Of a stretch of 64,000 nucleotides of DNA, positions 17,769 to 27,802 are shown one piece after another. The DNA is from an uncultured Acidobacteriota bacterium. Its GTDB lineage: Bacteria; Acidobacteriota; Thermoanaerobaculia; UBA5066. The position numbers and the translations under genes were made by a program. Under the pieces are notes generated by a model that saw only the letters and a list, made by a program, of their open reading frames with translations, searched no databases and was not told where the DNA came from. Where the stretch lies: the NCBI GenBank assembly GCA_963779415.1, contig CAVZYA010000001.1:576001-640000 (forward strand), given 5' to 3'. Within the stretch, counting starts at the first letter, position 1; every line of letters begins with the position of its first letter.

Positions 17769-18785
17769 ATGACGACGATCGGCATCATGGGTTTCGGGCG
17801 AATCGGGCGGAACCTCTTCCGCCTCCTCTACAAGCGCGACGACGTCCGGATCGGCGCCGTCTGCGACATCGCGGATCCCGCCAGCGCGGAGTACCTTCTC
17901 CGTTTCGACACGCTCTCGGGCCGCTTCCCCGATCCGATCTCGGTGAAGGAAGGACAGCTCTGGGTCTACGGGCGGCCGATCCCCTTCCTCGCGGGGTGGG
18001 ACAAGGCGGCAATCCCCGACTGGCAGGCCCTCGGAGTCGACACGGTCATCGAGGCGACGAGCCGCCCCCAGAGCCGGGCCGACCTCGAGAAGCACCTCGC
18101 TGCGGGGGCCCGCCGCGTGATTCTCACGGCGCTCCCCACCGAGCCGCTCGACATGATGGTGGTCCCGGGCGTCAACGACGAGACTCTCTCCGCCGCTCAC
18201 CGGCTCGTCTGCAACGCGTCGCCGACCATCCAGGGCCTCGCTCCCCTCGTGAAGATCCTTCTCGACGCCTTCGGGATCGACCGGCTGATGTTCACGACGG
18301 TCCACGAATACACGAGCTATCACCGCCTCGCCGACGTGCCGGCCCAGGACATGCGCCGCGGTCGCTCGGCCCCCGAGAACATCGTGCCGCAGGAATCGCG
18401 CTCGCCGGCGATCCTGATGGACCTCTTCCCCGAGCTGAAGAACAAGGTCCTCGGCGCGGCGCTGAACGTTCCCGTCCCGAACGGGTCGGCTGTCGATCTC
18501 GTCTGCTGGCACCCGAAGAAGGTCACCGTCGACGCCGTCAACGAAGCGGTCCGGACGGCCGCCGGGAGCCGATGGAAAGGAATCCTCGACTGGACCGCGG
18601 ACCCGATCGTCTCCTCCGACGTCGCCCAGAGCCCCTATTCGGGGACCTTCGACTCGAAGGCGACGATGGTCCTCAGCGAGACGCTCTCGAAGACGCTCCT
18701 CTGGTTCGACTCCGGCTGGGCGTACGCCCACCGGCTCGCCGACCTCATCGACCGGTTCCACATCCTCGACAAGGAGGCACGCTGA
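17769..18785 (+). CDS. GAPDH-family homolog lacking the catalytic cysteine (probable pseudoenzyme)
   Basis: GFGRIGR Rossmann motif, IEAT, TTVH, PIVSSD retained; NASPTIQGLAP replaces NASCTTNCLAP. Confidence 0.85.
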   Translation: MTTIGIMGFGRIGRNLFRLLYKRDDVRIGAVCDIADPASAEYLLRFDTLSGRFPDPISVKEGQLWVYGRPIPFLAGWDKAAIPDWQALGVDTVIEATSRPQSRADLEKHLAAGARRVILTALPTEPLDMMVVPGVNDETLSAAHRLVCNASPTIQGLAPLVKILLDAFGIDRLMFTTVHEYTSYHRLADVPAQDMRRGRSAPENIVPQESRSPAILMDLFPELKNKVLGAALNVPVPNGSAVDLVCWHPKKVTVDAVNEAVRTAAGSRWKGILDWTADPIVSSDVAQSPYSGTFDSKATMVLSETLSKTLLWFDSGWAYAHRLADLIDRFHILDKEAR

Positions 18786-19786
18786 TGTCCCGCGTCGCCA
18801 TCAACGGCTTCGGCCGCATCGGACGGAGCGTCTTCCGCATCCTCGCCGGCCGACCGGATGTCGAAGTCGTCGCCATCAACGACCTCTTCGACGACGACCA
18901 GCTCGCCTATCTCCTCAAGTACGACACGATCATGGGGGTCTTCGAGAAGGACGTCGCCGTCGCCGGAAACCAGATGGTCGTCGACGGCCGGAAGGTCCTG
19001 ATGACGAAGGAGAAGGACCCGTCGAAGCTCCCGTGGGCGAAGCTCGGCGTCGACGTCGTGGTGGAGTCGACCGGGAGGTTCCTGACGCGGGAGGCGCTCG
19101 AAAAGCACCTCGCGGCCGGCGCCCGGAGGGTCATTCTGACGGTTCCGGCCAAGGACGAGATCGACGCCATGATCGTCATGGGGGTGAACGACGCCTCGCT
19201 CAAGAAGGAGCACCGCATCGTCTCGAACGCCTCCTGTACGACGAACTGCCTCGCGCCGATCGCGAAGATCCTCGACGAGTCGTTCGGCATCGAGAACGGC
19301 TTCATGACGACCGTACACGCCTACACGAACGACCAGCGCCTCGCCGACGTTCCGCACAAGGACCTCCGCCGCGCGCGAGCCGCCGCCGAGAACATCATCC
19401 CGACGACGACGGGCGCGGCCCGCGCGGTCGGCAAGGTCCTCCCGCATCTGAAGGGGAAGCTGGACGGGATGGCGATGCGGGTCCCGGTACCGGACGGCTC
19501 CGTCGTCGACCTCGACGTCAAGCTCCGGAAGAGCCCGTCCGCCAGGGAGATCAACGAAGCCGTCCGCGCCGCGGCGGCGGGGCCGATGAAGCGGATCGTC
19601 GAGTACAGCGAAGTCCCTCTCGTCTCGAGCGACATCATCGGGAACCCGCACTCCTCCGTCTTCGACGCCCTCTCGACGAAGAGCCTCGGCGACGGCTACG
19701 CGAAGGTCCTCTCCTGGTACGACAACGAGTGGGGGTACTCCAACCGCGTCGTGGATCTCGTCGACCGGCTGGTGGCGCTCGGCTGA
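18785..19786 (+). CDS. gap: Type I glyceraldehyde-3-phosphate dehydrogenase
   Basis: VAINGFGRIGR, SNASCTTNCLAP, TTVHAYT, NIIPTTTGAA, AMRVP, WYDNEWGY; TGATG overlap with the upstream paralog. Confidence 0.96.
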   Translation: MSRVAINGFGRIGRSVFRILAGRPDVEVVAINDLFDDDQLAYLLKYDTIMGVFEKDVAVAGNQMVVDGRKVLMTKEKDPSKLPWAKLGVDVVVESTGRFLTREALEKHLAAGARRVILTVPAKDEIDAMIVMGVNDASLKKEHRIVSNASCTTNCLAPIAKILDESFGIENGFMTTVHAYTNDQRLADVPHKDLRRARAAAENIIPTTTGAARAVGKVLPHLKGKLDGMAMRVPVPDGSVVDLDVKLRKSPSAREINEAVRAAAAGPMKRIVEYSEVPLVSSDIIGNPHSSVFDALSTKSLGDGYAKVLSWYDNEWGYSNRVVDLVDRLVALG

Positions 19787-19828
19787 CCGACACCGTGATC
19801 CTCATCCGCCCCGGGAGTCCTCGCCGCC

Positions 19829-19834
19829 TATAAT
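19829..19834 (+). promoter_or_regulatory. Consensus -10 element TATAAT upstream of the PAS-GGDEF-EAL gene
   Basis: Perfect TATAAT in a GC-rich intergenic region; the downstream reading frame stays open up to this point. Confidence 0.55.
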
Positions 19835-19970
19835 TCAGACGTCACGTGAGGACGGGGGAGAGACCGCGGCCGACCGCACGGAGGAATCCCGCGCCCCTGA
19901 GGGCTCCGGGGCCGGAGTTCGCGTCCACGGAGTTCCCGAACAGCCCGCGCCGCGCTCCGTCAACCGCCTG

Positions 19971-22337
19971 GTGACGGTTCTCGTCGTCCTCTTCGCCCTC
20001 GCCACGACGGTCGCGATGATTCTCGGAATCCTGGGACTCGACACGCTGGCCACGTTTCGAGCGTACGCCGCTGCCGAGAGCCGGTGGTCCCGGGAAGAGG
20101 CGGCGAGCCTTCTCGCCCTCTACCGGTATCTCGACTCGGCGGACGAAAAGGACCATCAACTCTTCCTCGGCAGCCAGGAGATCCCGAAGGCGTTCCACCA
20201 CGCCCTCCGCGAGCTCGATGGGCCGGTGATCGAGCCCCGCCCGGCGGCGGAGGCGCTTCTCGCGGCCCGCAGCCACCCGGACGAGGTGGACGGGATGGTG
20301 TCGGTCTTCGCCCGGATGAGGAGCCTGGACGACGTCGCACGAGGCCTCGCCATCTGGCGCCAGTCGGACGCCCTCGGCGAGGAGATCGTGGCGCTCGGGG
20401 AGAGGATTCGGGGGGACTTCGCCTCCCACCGAATCGACGCGACCCGCCGTTCGGCATACCAGGCGGAGATCGAGCAGATCGGCGCCCGGCTGTCGGAGAC
20501 GTCCGAACGCTTCACCGCACAGGTCGGTTCGACGACGCGGCGGCTCCGGCGTCTCCTCGTCGCGACGCTCGTCGCCCTCACGCTCCTTGCGATGGCCTTT
20601 GCCGTCTCGGTCTCCGTGCACGTCGCCCGCCTCCTCCGGAAGCGGGAGCGCGACCTCGCGGTCTCGGAGCGCCGCTATCGGCTCCTCTTCGAGCGGAACC
20701 TCGCCGGCCTCTACCGAGCCACCCTCGACGGAAGGATCCTCGAGTGCAACTCGGCTTTCGCCCGGACCCTCGGCTACCCCAGCCGAGAGGAGATCCTCCA
20801 GCTCAACATGCACGAGCTCTACCTCGACCCGGACGACCGGGAGGTGACGATCGCCACCCTCCTGCAGCAGAAGTTCCTCGTGAACTACGAGATCGGCCTC
20901 CGCCGGCGGGACGGCTCACCCGTCTGGGTCCTCGTCAACGAAAGCCTTCTCGACGACGAGACCGGAGGACCGGTCCTCGAGGGAAGCCTCATCGACATCA
21001 CGGACCGGAAGAGGGCGGAGGAGGAGAGCCACCATCAGGCGTATCACGACGCCCTGACCGACCTCCCGAACCGGGCCCTCTTCCACGACCGGCTCTCCCT
21101 CGCGATCCTCCACGCCCACCGCCGGAAACAGAGCCTCGCGGTGATGTTCATCGACCTCGACCACTTCAAGAACGTCAACGACACGCTCGGGCATTCGGCG
21201 GGTGACGAGGTCCTCGTCGCCGTGGCCGACCGGCTGAAGGCCTGCCTTCGCGAGGAAGACACCGTCGCTCGGGTCGGCGGCGACGAGTTCCTCCTCCTCC
21301 TGACCGGGATCGCCCGGGAGAGCGACGTCGCCGGAATGTCCCGGAAGATTCTCAAGGTGCTGGCCGACCCCTTCGCTCTCAAGAAGCGGGAGCTCTTCCT
21401 CTCGGCCTCGATCGGCGTCGGCCTCTACCCGAACGACGGCACCGACGCGGAGACCCTCGTGGCGAACGTCGACACGGCGATGTACCGCGCCAAGGAGGCC
21501 GGCCGGAACAACTTCCAGTTCTTCACGCCCCACATGCAGGAGGCCTCCCAGGAGCGCGCCCACCTCGAGAGCGGCCTCAGGCGCGCTCTCCCGAGGCGCG
21601 AGTTCGCCCTTCATTACCAGCCGGTGATCGATCTCGCCTCGCGGCGCGTCCTCGGTCTCGAAGCCCTCGTCCGATGGAACCATCCGGAAAGGGGCCTGCT
21701 CGGCCCCAAGGAGTTCATCAGTCTCGCCGAGGATGCCGGGCTGATCGTGTCGATCGGGGACTGGATCCTCCACAAGGCCTGCGAGGAGGCCCGCCGGCTT
21801 CAGGCGGGCGCCTTCCCGGACCTCCGGATGTCCGTCAACCTCTCGCCCCGGCAGTTCCAGGACAAGGACCTCGTCTGGACGGTGCAGCGCGCTCTCACGG
21901 AGACCGGACTTCAACCGACCTCGCTCGAGCTCGAGATCACGGAGGGGATCGCCATGCAGAACCTCTCCCTCACGATGGAGGTGCTCGGCGAGCTCTCTCG
22001 CACGGGGATCCAGATCTCGGTCGACGATTTCGGGACGGGCCACTCCTCCCTCAGCTACCTCAAGCACTTTCCGATTCACCGCCTCAAGATCGACCGCTCC
22101 TTCGTGGCGGGAATGACGCGGGACGACCGGGACCGCTCGATCGTGGCCGCCATCGTCTCGATGGCCCACAACCTCTCGCTCCGGGTCACGGCCGAGGGCG
22201 TCGAGACGGCCGCGCAGGCCGAGCTTCTCGCCTCCCTCGGCTGCGACGACGTGCAGGGCTTCCTCTTCGCTCCGCCGCTCCCCGAGGCGAGCCTCGAGGA
22301 GCGCCTCCTCGCCGTCTGCGGGACGGAGCCGGGCTGA
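19971..22337 (+). CDS. Membrane-anchored PAS-GGDEF-EAL diguanylate cyclase/phosphodiesterase
   Basis: Two TM helices around a sensor region; PAS/PAC; HDALTDLPNR; REED I-site + GGDEF; EALVRW, VDDFGTGHSSLSYL, LKIDRSF, AEGVET; true start may lie further upstream. Confidence 0.93.
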   Translation: MTVLVVLFALATTVAMILGILGLDTLATFRAYAAAESRWSREEAASLLALYRYLDSADEKDHQLFLGSQEIPKAFHHALRELDGPVIEPRPAAEALLAARSHPDEVDGMVSVFARMRSLDDVARGLAIWRQSDALGEEIVALGERIRGDFASHRIDATRRSAYQAEIEQIGARLSETSERFTAQVGSTTRRLRRLLVATLVALTLLAMAFAVSVSVHVARLLRKRERDLAVSERRYRLLFERNLAGLYRATLDGRILECNSAFARTLGYPSREEILQLNMHELYLDPDDREVTIATLLQQKFLVNYEIGLRRRDGSPVWVLVNESLLDDETGGPVLEGSLIDITDRKRAEEESHHQAYHDALTDLPNRALFHDRLSLAILHAHRRKQSLAVMFIDLDHFKNVNDTLGHSAGDEVLVAVADRLKACLREEDTVARVGGDEFLLLLTGIARESDVAGMSRKILKVLADPFALKKRELFLSASIGVGLYPNDGTDAETLVANVDTAMYRAKEAGRNNFQFFTPHMQEASQERAHLESGLRRALPRREFALHYQPVIDLASRRVLGLEALVRWNHPERGLLGPKEFISLAEDAGLIVSIGDWILHKACEEARRLQAGAFPDLRMSVNLSPRQFQDKDLVWTVQRALTETGLQPTSLELEITEGIAMQNLSLTMEVLGELSRTGIQISVDDFGTGHSSLSYLKHFPIHRLKIDRSFVAGMTRDDRDRSIVAAIVSMAHNLSLRVTAEGVETAAQAELLASLGCDDVQGFLFAPPLPEASLEERLLAVCGTEPG

Positions 22338-22340
22338 CGG

Positions 22341-23159
22341 CTACCGGCCCAGCTCGCCCGCGACCCGGGCCGCGGTCTCGACACCCCGTGCCAGGACCGA
22401 ACGGATCCTGCCGTCCTCCAGCGCGAGGATCCCGGCGATCGTGCACCCCGCCGGCGTCGTGACGTCGTCCTTGAGGGCCGCCGGGTGCCGGCCGGTCCTG
22501 AGGACCATCTCCGCGGCGCCCAGGGTCATCTGGGCGACGAGCTCGGTGGCGACGTGGCGTGGAAGGCCCCGCATGACGCCCCCGTCCGCGAGCGACTCGA
22601 TGATGATGTAGATGAAGGCCGGCCCGCTCGCCGAAAGTCCCGTGACCGTGTCCATGTGCTTCTCTTCCAGCTCGAGGACCCGCCCGAGCGGCGCGAAGAT
22701 CTCCCGCGCGAGCGCGACGTCCCGGTCGGTCGCCCGGGTCCCCTTCGCGAGGACGGTCATCCCCTTTCCGATCAGGCACGGGGTGTTCGGCATCGCGCGG
22801 ACGACCGGAGCACCTCCACCGAGCGCCTCCTCGATCGTGCCGGTGGAGATGCCGGCCGCGATGGAAATGAAGAGGGTCCTTCGCCGCGGCTCGAAGACCC
22901 CACGAAGCGCCTCGGCCGCCGCCACGACGTCCTTCGGCTTGACGCAGAGGATCACGATGTCGCTCCGGAAAGCAACGGCCGCGCTGTCGAGCGAGCAGGC
23001 GACGCCCAGCTCCTTCGTCGCCCTTTCCGCGCTGGCCTTCGACCGGGCGGAGGCCCGAACGTCACCGCGGTGCACCTTCCCCGAGGCGAGGAGACCCGCC
23101 ACGATGCTCCGCCCCATGGTCCCGGTCCCCACCACCGCGATCTTTTTGCCCCGAAGCAT
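22341..23159 (-). CDS. proC: Pyrroline-5-carboxylate reductase
   Basis: GTGTMG, CVKP, SIAAG, VRAMPNTP, TGLSASGPA, LKDDVTTPAGCT. Confidence 0.95.
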   Translation of the reverse strand: MLRGKKIAVVGTGTMGRSIVAGLLASGKVHRGDVRASARSKASAERATKELGVACSLDSAAVAFRSDIVILCVKPKDVVAAAEALRGVFEPRRRTLFISIAAGISTGTIEEALGGGAPVVRAMPNTPCLIGKGMTVLAKGTRATDRDVALAREIFAPLGRVLELEEKHMDTVTGLSASGPAFIYIIIESLADGGVMRGLPRHVATELVAQMTLGAAEMVLRTGRHPAALKDDVTTPAGCTIAGILALEDGRIRSVLARGVETAARVAGELGR

Positions 23160-23239
23160 GATGGCCTCCTATAGCATTGATTCAGGAGAATCATCGCAGG
23201 CCCGAGCGGTCATCGCCAATCATCCGCTGCGAGCAGGAA

Positions 23240-24463
23240 ATGACTGGCAGGAGGTCGCCGATTAGGACACTGCGTTCGATCCCGGGACTTGCGACCGTCG
23301 CCGCGACGGTTCTTCTCCTGACCCCGGCCGCCACCGCCCAGCAGAAGACCTTCAAAGTCGGAATCCCGCTCCCTCTCACCGGAATCGAGGCGAAGTTCGG
23401 CGAGATGGAGAAGCAGGCATACGAGATGGCTGCCGAAGAGATCAACGCGAAGGGCGGGATCAAGGGCGAAAGGCTCGTCCTCGACATCCAGGACTCCGGC
23501 GGCAAGCCGGAGACGGCGAGCGCGATCGTCGAGAAGTTCATCACGATGAACGGGTACCCGATCGTCGTCGGCGAGTACTCGAGCCAGTGCAGTTACGCCG
23601 TGGCCGGCGTCTCCGAGAAGTACAAGGTCCCGTATCTCGTCGTGACGGGGGCGGCCGACAAGATCACGCAGCAGGGCTGGAAGAACGTCTACCGGCTGAA
23701 CCCTCCCGCGAGCCTCTACAACACCGGCGTCTTCAGCTTCTTCGAGCAGGTCGCCAGGCCCAGGACCATCGCCATTCTCTACGAGAACACCGACTTCGGG
23801 AGCAGCACCTCGAACGCGATGAAGGAGTGGTGCGAAGGGCACGGCGTTCGGGTGGTTCTCTCGGAGGGATACCAGTCGGGCGCGGTCGACTTCAAGCCGA
23901 TCCTCCAGAAGGTGAAGTCCCTCCGGCCCGACATTCTCTACATGGTGTCGTACCTGATGGACGCCTCCCTCCTGATGCGGCAGTCGAAGGAGCTCGACAT
24001 CAACCCGCAGGCCTTCATCGGAGGAGGAGCCGGACACACGCTCCCGGAATTCCTCCAGAACGCCGCCGACGCCTCGGAGTACTGCATGTCGGCCACGCTC
24101 TGGACGCCGCAGGTCAAGTATCCGGGCGCGAAGGCATTTTTCGACGGCTTCAGGCAGAAGTTCGGCAAGGAGCCCGACTATCACGGAGTCGAGGCGTACG
24201 CCGCGGCCTACGTCCTGGCCGACGCCCTGAAGCGGGCCAAGACCTGGACCCCGGAGGATCTGCGGGCGGCGCTCGCGGGCACGGAGATGATGACGGCTTT
24301 CGGCCCGGTGAAGTTCGTCTCATGGGACAAGTTCACGAACCAGAACCGGATGGAGACGCTCGTCCTCCAGGTCCTCAAGGGGAGGTTCGAGACGGTCTGG
24401 CCGAAGGAGGGCGCCTCCGCCCCCTATGTCTTCCCGGTCCCGCGCTGGCGGGACCGGAAGTAG
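23240..24463 (+). CDS. livK: Branched-chain amino acid-type ABC transporter substrate-binding protein
   Basis: Signal peptide; [33 protein letters not shown]; heads a livHMGF cluster. Confidence 0.88.
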   Translation: MTGRRSPIRTLRSIPGLATVAATVLLLTPAATAQQKTFKVGIPLPLTGIEAKFGEMEKQAYEMAAEEINAKGGIKGERLVLDIQDSGGKPETASAIVEKFITMNGYPIVVGEYSSQCSYAVAGVSEKYKVPYLVVTGAADKITQQGWKNVYRLNPPASLYNTGVFSFFEQVARPRTIAILYENTDFGSSTSNAMKEWCEGHGVRVVLSEGYQSGAVDFKPILQKVKSLRPDILYMVSYLMDASLLMRQSKELDINPQAFIGGGAGHTLPEFLQNAADASEYCMSATLWTPQVKYPGAKAFFDGFRQKFGKEPDYHGVEAYAAAYVLADALKRAKTWTPEDLRAALAGTEMMTAFGPVKFVSWDKFTNQNRMETLVLQVLKGRFETVWPKEGASAPYVFPVPRWRDRK

Positions 24464-24485
24464 GCGGGAAGCGAGAGACGGAGAG

Positions 24486-25409
24486 ATGTCGCCACAGGTC
24501 GCCGGACAGATCGAGCTCCTCGGGCAGGTCCTGATCTCCGGCATCCTTCTCGGGGGGCTCTACGCCCTGATCGGCCTCGGAATGTCGCTGATCATGGGGG
24601 TCATGAAGATCATCAACCTCGCCCACGGCGAGCTGATGATGGTCGCCATGTACATGACGTTCTGGTCCTTCACGCTCCTCCATCTGGACCCGTACGTCTC
24701 GATCCTGATCGTCCTGCCGGCGATGTTCGCCCTCGGCGTCCTCCTCCAGAAGTACCTGATCGCCCCGGTCATGGAGGTCGAGTCGATCCTCCCGGAGAAC
24801 CAGGTTCTGCTGACGGTCGGGATCGGTCTCGTCCTCTCCAACCTCGCCCTCCTCCTCTTCAGCGCGGACTACCGATCGGTTCCGGTCGCATACGCCTCGA
24901 AGGCGCTCTACTGGGACCTCAAGGCCGGCGGACAGACGATCTCCCTCTCGTTCAGCGTCCCGATGATCGGCGCTTTCGCCGTCGCCCTCCTTCTCGGGGC
25001 CGCCCTCTTCCTCTTTCTCGGCAGGACCGAGCTCGGGCGGATGATCCGCGCCACCGCGCAGGACAGGCGCGCGGCCTCGCTGATGGGAATCAACACGAGA
25101 CGGATCACCTACGTGACGTTCGGCATCGGCTCGGCGCTCGTCGGCGCGGCCGGCGCCCTTCTCGCCCCCGTCTATTACCTCTTCCCCCAGATCGGGGGCC
25201 CTTTCACGCTGAAGGCCTTCATCATCACCGTACTGGGGGGGATGGGGAACATCCCGGGGGCGGTCCTCGGCGGCGTCGTTCTCGGCCTCGCCGAGTCTCT
25301 CGGATCCGTCTATATCTCCCTCGGGTACAAGGACGCGTTCGGCTTCATCATCTTCGTCCTCGTCCTCATCTTCCTTCCGAAGGGAATCCTCGGAAGAGGA
25401 AACGCCTGA
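24486..25409 (+). CDS. livH: Branched-chain amino acid ABC transporter permease
   Basis: [48 protein letters not shown]. Confidence 0.92.
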   Translation: MSPQVAGQIELLGQVLISGILLGGLYALIGLGMSLIMGVMKIINLAHGELMMVAMYMTFWSFTLLHLDPYVSILIVLPAMFALGVLLQKYLIAPVMEVESILPENQVLLTVGIGLVLSNLALLLFSADYRSVPVAYASKALYWDLKAGGQTISLSFSVPMIGAFAVALLLGAALFLFLGRTELGRMIRATAQDRRAASLMGINTRRITYVTFGIGSALVGAAGALLAPVYYLFPQIGGPFTLKAFIITVLGGMGNIPGAVLGGVVLGLAESLGSVYISLGYKDAFGFIIFVLVLIFLPKGILGRGNA

Positions 25410-25420
25410 GGGGAGCCGCC

Positions 25421-26377
25421 GTGACGAAGACGACTCTCCTCCGGGCCCTCCCCGTCGCCGCGATCGTGCTGATCCCCGTCCTGACCCGGAACCCGTACCT
25501 CCTCCACATGCTCATCCTCGCCCTGATCTGGGTGATCCTCGGGCAGAGCTGGAACCTGCTCGGCGGCTACACGGGACAGGTCTCGTTCGGCCACGCCGCG
25601 TTCTTCGGAATCGGGGCGTACACGACGGGGATCCTCGTGAAATCCGGCCTCTCCCCGGCGGCCGCCTGGTGGGGCCTCCTCTTCGGCGGCCTCGCCGCGA
25701 CGGTCGTGGCGTCGGTCATCGGCTGGATCTGCTTCCGGCTTCGCGGCCCCTACTTCGCGCTTTCCGTCCTCGCCCTTTCGGAGGTGCTGCGCCTCGTGGC
25801 CCTCAACTGGAAGGCGCTGACGAACGGGGCCGAGGGAATCCTCTACATCCCCGCCTTCACCTCGAAGGCCGCCTATTACTACATCGCCCTCGCCATCGCC
25901 GCCGCCTGCTTCCTGGTCATCCGGAGCGTCCTGCGGAGCCGCCTCGGCTATTACTTCCTCGCCATCCGGGAGGATCAGGACTGCGCCGAGTCGCTGGGCA
26001 TCGACACGACACGCTACAAGCTCTACTCGCTCCTCGTGAGCGCCTTCTTCACGGGCGTCGCGGGGAGCTTCTACATGAATTACATGGGGTTCATCGACCC
26101 CTTCATCGTCTTCTCCATCGAGAACATCTCGATCATGGTGATTCTCGTCGTCATGCTCGGAGGGGCCGGGACGATGTGGGGGCCCGCCGTGGGCGCGGTT
26201 CTCTACATACTGATGTTCGAGGTCTTCCGCGTCTTGATGACGCGCGGCCATCTCCTCGTCTTCGGGGTCCTGATCATCCTCATCATCATCCGGTTCCCGA
26301 GCGGGATCGTCGGGACGCTCAACGAGCGGCGGACGCAGCGGAAGGCGCAGGCCATGCCGGCGCCGGAGGGGGCATGA
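25421..26377 (+). CDS. livM: Branched-chain amino acid ABC transporter permease
   Basis: SWNLLGGYTGQVSFGHAAFFG, RLRGPYFAL, AIREDQDCAESLGI. Confidence 0.92.
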   Translation: MTKTTLLRALPVAAIVLIPVLTRNPYLLHMLILALIWVILGQSWNLLGGYTGQVSFGHAAFFGIGAYTTGILVKSGLSPAAAWWGLLFGGLAATVVASVIGWICFRLRGPYFALSVLALSEVLRLVALNWKALTNGAEGILYIPAFTSKAAYYYIALAIAAACFLVIRSVLRSRLGYYFLAIREDQDCAESLGIDTTRYKLYSLLVSAFFTGVAGSFYMNYMGFIDPFIVFSIENISIMVILVVMLGGAGTMWGPAVGAVLYILMFEVFRVLMTRGHLLVFGVLIILIIIRFPSGIVGTLNERRTQRKAQAMPAPEGA

Positions 26378-27093
26378 GCCTCCTCGAGCTGGCGGACGTC
26401 ACGAAGCGCTTCGGCGGACTTCAGGCCGTGGGCCATCTCTCGTTCCGGCTGGAGAAGGGGGAGATTCTCGGCCTCATCGGACCCAACGGCGCCGGCAAGA
26501 CGACCGTCTTCAACCTCATCAACGGCTTCACCCCCCTCTCCACGGGCGAGATCCGCCTCAAGGGCGAGAGGATCGACGGCAGGAAGCCGAACCAGGTCTG
26601 CGCCCGCGGCCTCGCGCGGACGTTTCAGGTCGTGAAGCCACTGGCCCGCCTTTCGGTACTCGACAACGTCATGGTCTCCGCATTCCGCCGAACCGCTCAT
26701 CACGACGAGGCGCGCAGCATGGCCCTCGACGCCATCCGCTTCACCGAGATGGAGGCCTGGCGCGACCACCGCGCGGGGAGCCTCCCTCTCGGGATGCGCA
26801 AGCGCCTCGAGATGGCCCGCGCCCTCGCGACGAAGCCCGACCTTCTGCTCCTCGACGAAAACGTCGCCGGGCTGAACCCCTCCGAGGTCGATGCGACGAT
26901 CGCGATCGTCAGGAAGATCCACGGGAGCGGCGTCACCCTCCTCATCATCGAGCACAACATGCGGGTCATCATGTCGATCTCGCACCGCGTCCTCTGCATC
27001 AACTACGGCGAGAAGCTCGCCGAGGGGAAGCCGGAGGACGTCGCCAACGACCCGCGGGTCATCGAGGCGTACCTCGGAGCGGCCCATGCTTAG
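26374..27093 (+). CDS. livG: Branched-chain amino acid ABC transporter ATP-binding protein
   Basis: GLIGPNGAGKTT, ARTFQ, LLLLDE, IEH, VIEAYLG; ATGA overlap. Confidence 0.93.
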   Translation: MSLLELADVTKRFGGLQAVGHLSFRLEKGEILGLIGPNGAGKTTVFNLINGFTPLSTGEIRLKGERIDGRKPNQVCARGLARTFQVVKPLARLSVLDNVMVSAFRRTAHHDEARSMALDAIRFTEMEAWRDHRAGSLPLGMRKRLEMARALATKPDLLLLDENVAGLNPSEVDATIAIVRKIHGSGVTLLIIEHNMRVIMSISHRVLCINYGEKLAEGKPEDVANDPRVIEAYLGAAHA

Positions 27094-27790
27094 TGTCCGC
27101 GGTCTCGACGTCTTCTACGGGGACGTCCAGGTCCTCTGGGACGTCTCATTTGAAGTAAGACAAGGAGAAATCGTGGCCCTCATCGGCTCGAACGGTTCCG
27201 GAAAGACGACGACCCTCTCGACGGTTTCGTCGCTCCTCAAGCCCCGGAAGGGTACCGTCGAGTTCGAGGGCCAGCCGATCCACACACGCTCCGCGCATGA
27301 AATGGTGACTCTCGGGATCGCCCACGTCCCCGAGGCGCGGCGCCTCTTCCCCGAGATGACCGTCAAGGAGAACCTCCTCCTCGGCGCCCTCACGGCGGAT
27401 GCGAAAAAGAGCCGCCCGGAGATGCTCGAGAACGTCTATGCGATCTTTCCGCGCCTCAAGGAGAGGGCGAAGCAGCAGGCGGGGACGCTCTCCGGCGGCG
27501 AGCAGCAGATGGCTGCCATCGGGCGGGGCCTCATGTCGAAGCCGCGCCTCCTGATGCTCGACGAGCCCTCGCTCGGCCTTTCCCCTCTCCTCGTTGCGGA
27601 GATCTTCCGCGTCATCGAGGAGGTCCACTCCCAGGGTGTCACGGTCCTTCTCGTCGAGCAGAACGTCTTCAGGACCCTCTCCGTCGCCGATCGCGCCTAC
27701 GTTCTCGAGAACGGCCGGATCGTCCTCGAGGGGACCGGAAAGGGCCTCCTCGCGGAAGAGCACGTGAAGAAGGCGTACCTCGGAATCTGA
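27086..27790 (+). CDS. livF: Branched-chain amino acid ABC transporter ATP-binding protein
   Basis: GSNGSGKTT, VPEARRLFP, LSGGEQQM, LDEPSLGL, VEQN. Confidence 0.94.
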   Translation: MLSVRGLDVFYGDVQVLWDVSFEVRQGEIVALIGSNGSGKTTTLSTVSSLLKPRKGTVEFEGQPIHTRSAHEMVTLGIAHVPEARRLFPEMTVKENLLLGALTADAKKSRPEMLENVYAIFPRLKERAKQQAGTLSGGEQQMAAIGRGLMSKPRLLMLDEPSLGLSPLLVAEIFRVIEEVHSQGVTVLLVEQNVFRTLSVADRAYVLENGRIVLEGTGKGLLAEEHVKKAYLGI

Positions 27791-27802
27791 AAGGCAGATG
27801 CC

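Noticed and set aside
17769-18785. Calling the first gap homolog erythrose-4-phosphate dehydrogenase (Epd/GapB)
   Set aside because: Epd retains the NASCTTN catalytic cysteine motif, which is absent here.
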